Sequence record: MW822007.1
Length of the DNA: 64,000 nt
Direction: 5' to 3' (one strand)
DNA from: Escherichia phage BF15
The translations under genes and the position numbers were made by a program. Within the stretch, counting starts at the first letter, position 1. Each line of letters begins with the position of its first letter. The notes under the pieces were generated by a model. It ran no database searches. It had not been told where the DNA came from and was given only the letters and a program-made list of their open reading frames with translations. Shown one piece after another: positions 62,341 to 64,000 of the stretch.

Positions 62341-62829
62341 TTATGCATAGCGAGCTTTGCTATAGTGTTTAATCCAACTTTCAGGAATGACTTTGTATGT
62401 TCCTAAAAATACCACGTTGTACAACTTAACACCATCTTCTACCCATTGATCTGTAATGTATCCACACATAGCGCGAGTATAAGCAACCTTTCCATCATCT
62501 TTGATAAATTTAAATTCGCAAGGAGCAATGAACTTAATAGCTTGACCGAGTTTCCACTTAAAGTCTACACCTACATGCGAAGTATCAATCGTTTCAATTC
62601 CTTTAGCGGGAACAGCTTTCAAAAACGCAGATTCAAGAAATTTCGCGCGAACATAACCAAACTGAGGTTTAGACTTTCCATCTTTAGGAATGATACGAAC
62701 TTTTACTTCAGAATCTTCATCTTTAACACCATGCTTAAGCTGAATGCTTACAATTTCGACCAATTTTCCTGCTGCTTTAGAACGGGATTTATCAGATACA
62801 CGAGCAATTTCACCAATATTAATAATCAT
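62341..62829 (-). CDS. motB: MotB (DNA-binding early protein)
   Basis: 162 aa as in T4; synteny. Confidence 0.6.
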   Translation of the reverse strand: MIINIGEIARVSDKSRSKAAGKLVEIVSIQLKHGVKDEDSEVKVRIIPKDGKSKPQFGYVRAKFLESAFLKAVPAKGIETIDTSHVGVDFKWKLGQAIKFIAPCEFKFIKDDGKVAYTRAMCGYITDQWVEDGVKLYNVVFLGTYKVIPESWIKHYSKARYA

Positions 62830-62874
62830 AGTTATCTCTCACTTGTTAAAAAGATTTTTATACTCCACAGGACC

Positions 62875-62904
62875 ATTATACTCTGGTCCCAAGAGTTTGT
62901 AAAC
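62875..62904 (-). promoter_or_regulatory. T4-type early promoter upstream of motB
   Basis: Minus strand GTTTACAAACTCTTGGGACCAGAGTATAAT. Confidence 0.55.
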
Positions 62905-62906
62905 TA

Positions 62907-63446
62907 TTAATTCAAAATAGCTACCACTGCACTACGAGGTACTACGCTAAAATCACCTGCATGAACAACGTTCAGAAGTTCAACACCATCTTCAATCCAC
63001 TGGTCTGTTACCCAACCACAGACCGAAACAAATGGGGTCTTGATAGCTACAGCACGAGTTAGAAGGTCAGTAGGATCAACTTCTTTGAAGAGGATAAGCT
63101 CTGCTTCAAAGACTATAGTTTTAATTACTTCATCATTATCTAAGCGATGTGCTCGAATCACGTAAGCTTTATTCTTATCATACCAGTTACTTTTTGAAAA
63201 GCTTTTAACCACAAACTCGCCTTCACCAAAAACATTAGTCAATGCTTTATAACCCAAATTTAGTTCGGTAGTTTTAATTTCAGTTTCAACCAGTTTGTAG
63301 GTTTTGCCGATTTCAATAGCGGTAGTCATAGTAGGTTCCTTAATTTCCAGCGGTTTAACAGGGCATACATAAGTGCTTACAACATCAAAATCAATCAGCT
63401 TAGCTACCGGATTTGGTGTGTATTCAGGATTATAATTAAATTTCAT
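62907..63446 (-). CDS. MotB-like paralog
   Basis: 179 aa; C-terminal TDQWIEDGVELLNVV...V.P.S block shared with motB (TDQWVEDGVKLYNVV). Confidence 0.55.
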   Translation of the reverse strand: MKFNYNPEYTPNPVAKLIDFDVVSTYVCPVKPLEIKEPTMTTAIEIGKTYKLVETEIKTTELNLGYKALTNVFGEGEFVVKSFSKSNWYDKNKAYVIRAHRLDNDEVIKTIVFEAELILFKEVDPTDLLTRAVAIKTPFVSVCGWVTDQWIEDGVELLNVVHAGDFSVVPRSAVVAILN

Positions 63447-63448
63447 AA

Positions 63449-63988
63449 TTATCTCATTTCAATAAAATCTACGAGTTCAGCATGCGATTTGCGGAACATT
63501 ACTTGGTGCCCACCAATGATAACTTCATCTTCAGGAACTTCGTATACAGCGAGATAAAATCCTTTAGAAGATAATTCTTCCCGCTCTTCTCGTGTGAACC
63601 ATCTCATCATATCATATTCGCTAGCGAAAGCAAAATGATAAAGACCTATAAACCATCCTGGAATATGATATTCTACTCCAACATAATCTTTCTTGAACTT
63701 AGTATTAATTACTATATTAGCGTTTTTAACTAATAGTTTATCTTCGTGTGGTAAAGGAATTCTTTTATTATTATCGCTATGATGCATAAAATTAGGTCTG
63801 TCATAACCTACGTGTAATAGCCACTCTTCGCTCCATGAATCTATTATACTCCTGTACGGCGTTATTTGAACACAAAGATTTCGACGTATTGTTATAGCAT
63901 CTTCATAATCAAGAATACTAAACGATGATTCAACACGATAAATTTTCATTTTATTATCCTCAGTAGCTATGGTGTTATAATACCACAA
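63449..63988 (-). CDS. Hypothetical protein
   Basis: 179-aa track ORF; promoter-like GTGGTATTATAAC just upstream at the window edge. Confidence 0.55.
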   Translation of the reverse strand: MWYYNTIATEDNKMKIYRVESSFSILDYEDAITIRRNLCVQITPYRSIIDSWSEEWLLHVGYDRPNFMHHSDNNKRIPLPHEDKLLVKNANIVINTKFKKDYVGVEYHIPGWFIGLYHFAFASEYDMMRWFTREEREELSSKGFYLAVYEVPEDEVIIGGHQVMFRKSHAELVDFIEMR

Positions 63989-64000
63989 CTAACCGAGGAA

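Overview
The window reads as one contiguous, densely packed segment of a T4-like (T-even, Tevenvirinae) phage genome, almost fully colinear with phage T4. I found no rRNA, tRNA, CRISPR array, integrase or transposon, and no strong evidence of a previously undescribed system; the interest lies in accessory differences from T4 and in classical T4 regulatory oddities. All identifications rest on reading the ORF translations, recalled T4 protein lengths and sequences, motifs and gene order; no database search was run. Hand-derived coordinates (small ORFs, promoters, hairpins) may be off by 1-2 nt; for example the ORF track places the gene 60 take-off region 1 nt higher than my direct count. Gene order, left to right: uvsW.1, uvsY, baseplate hub/wedge genes 25-26-51-27-28-29-48-54, two tandem alt-type ADP-ribosyltransferase genes, DNA ligase (30), a cluster of small early ORFs, rIII, 31, cd, pseT, a spanin pair, alc, rnlA, denA, nrdB, nrdA, td, frd, 32, 59, 33, dsbA, rnh, long tail fibre genes 34-35-36-37-38, holin t, asiA, arn, motA, 52, ac, stp, ndd, denB, rIIB, rIIA, gene 60 with the 50-nt translational bypass, the mobA HNH endonuclease, 39 and motB. 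Early and middle genes are on the minus strand behind repeated GTTTAC-N18-TAnnAT promoters and GC-rich tetraloop hairpins; late genes are on the plus strand behind TATAAATA promoters. Differences from T4 as I recall it: td and nrdB are uninterrupted (no group I introns), there is no mobE between nrdA and nrdB, an extra 119-aa ORF sits between frd and td, the fibre tip is T2-type (gp37 with a cleavable C-terminal chaperone domain plus a glycine-rich gp38 adhesin), there are two alt paralogs, and a roughly 350-400 bp GC-rich non-coding stretch lies between rIII and the gene-30 cluster.
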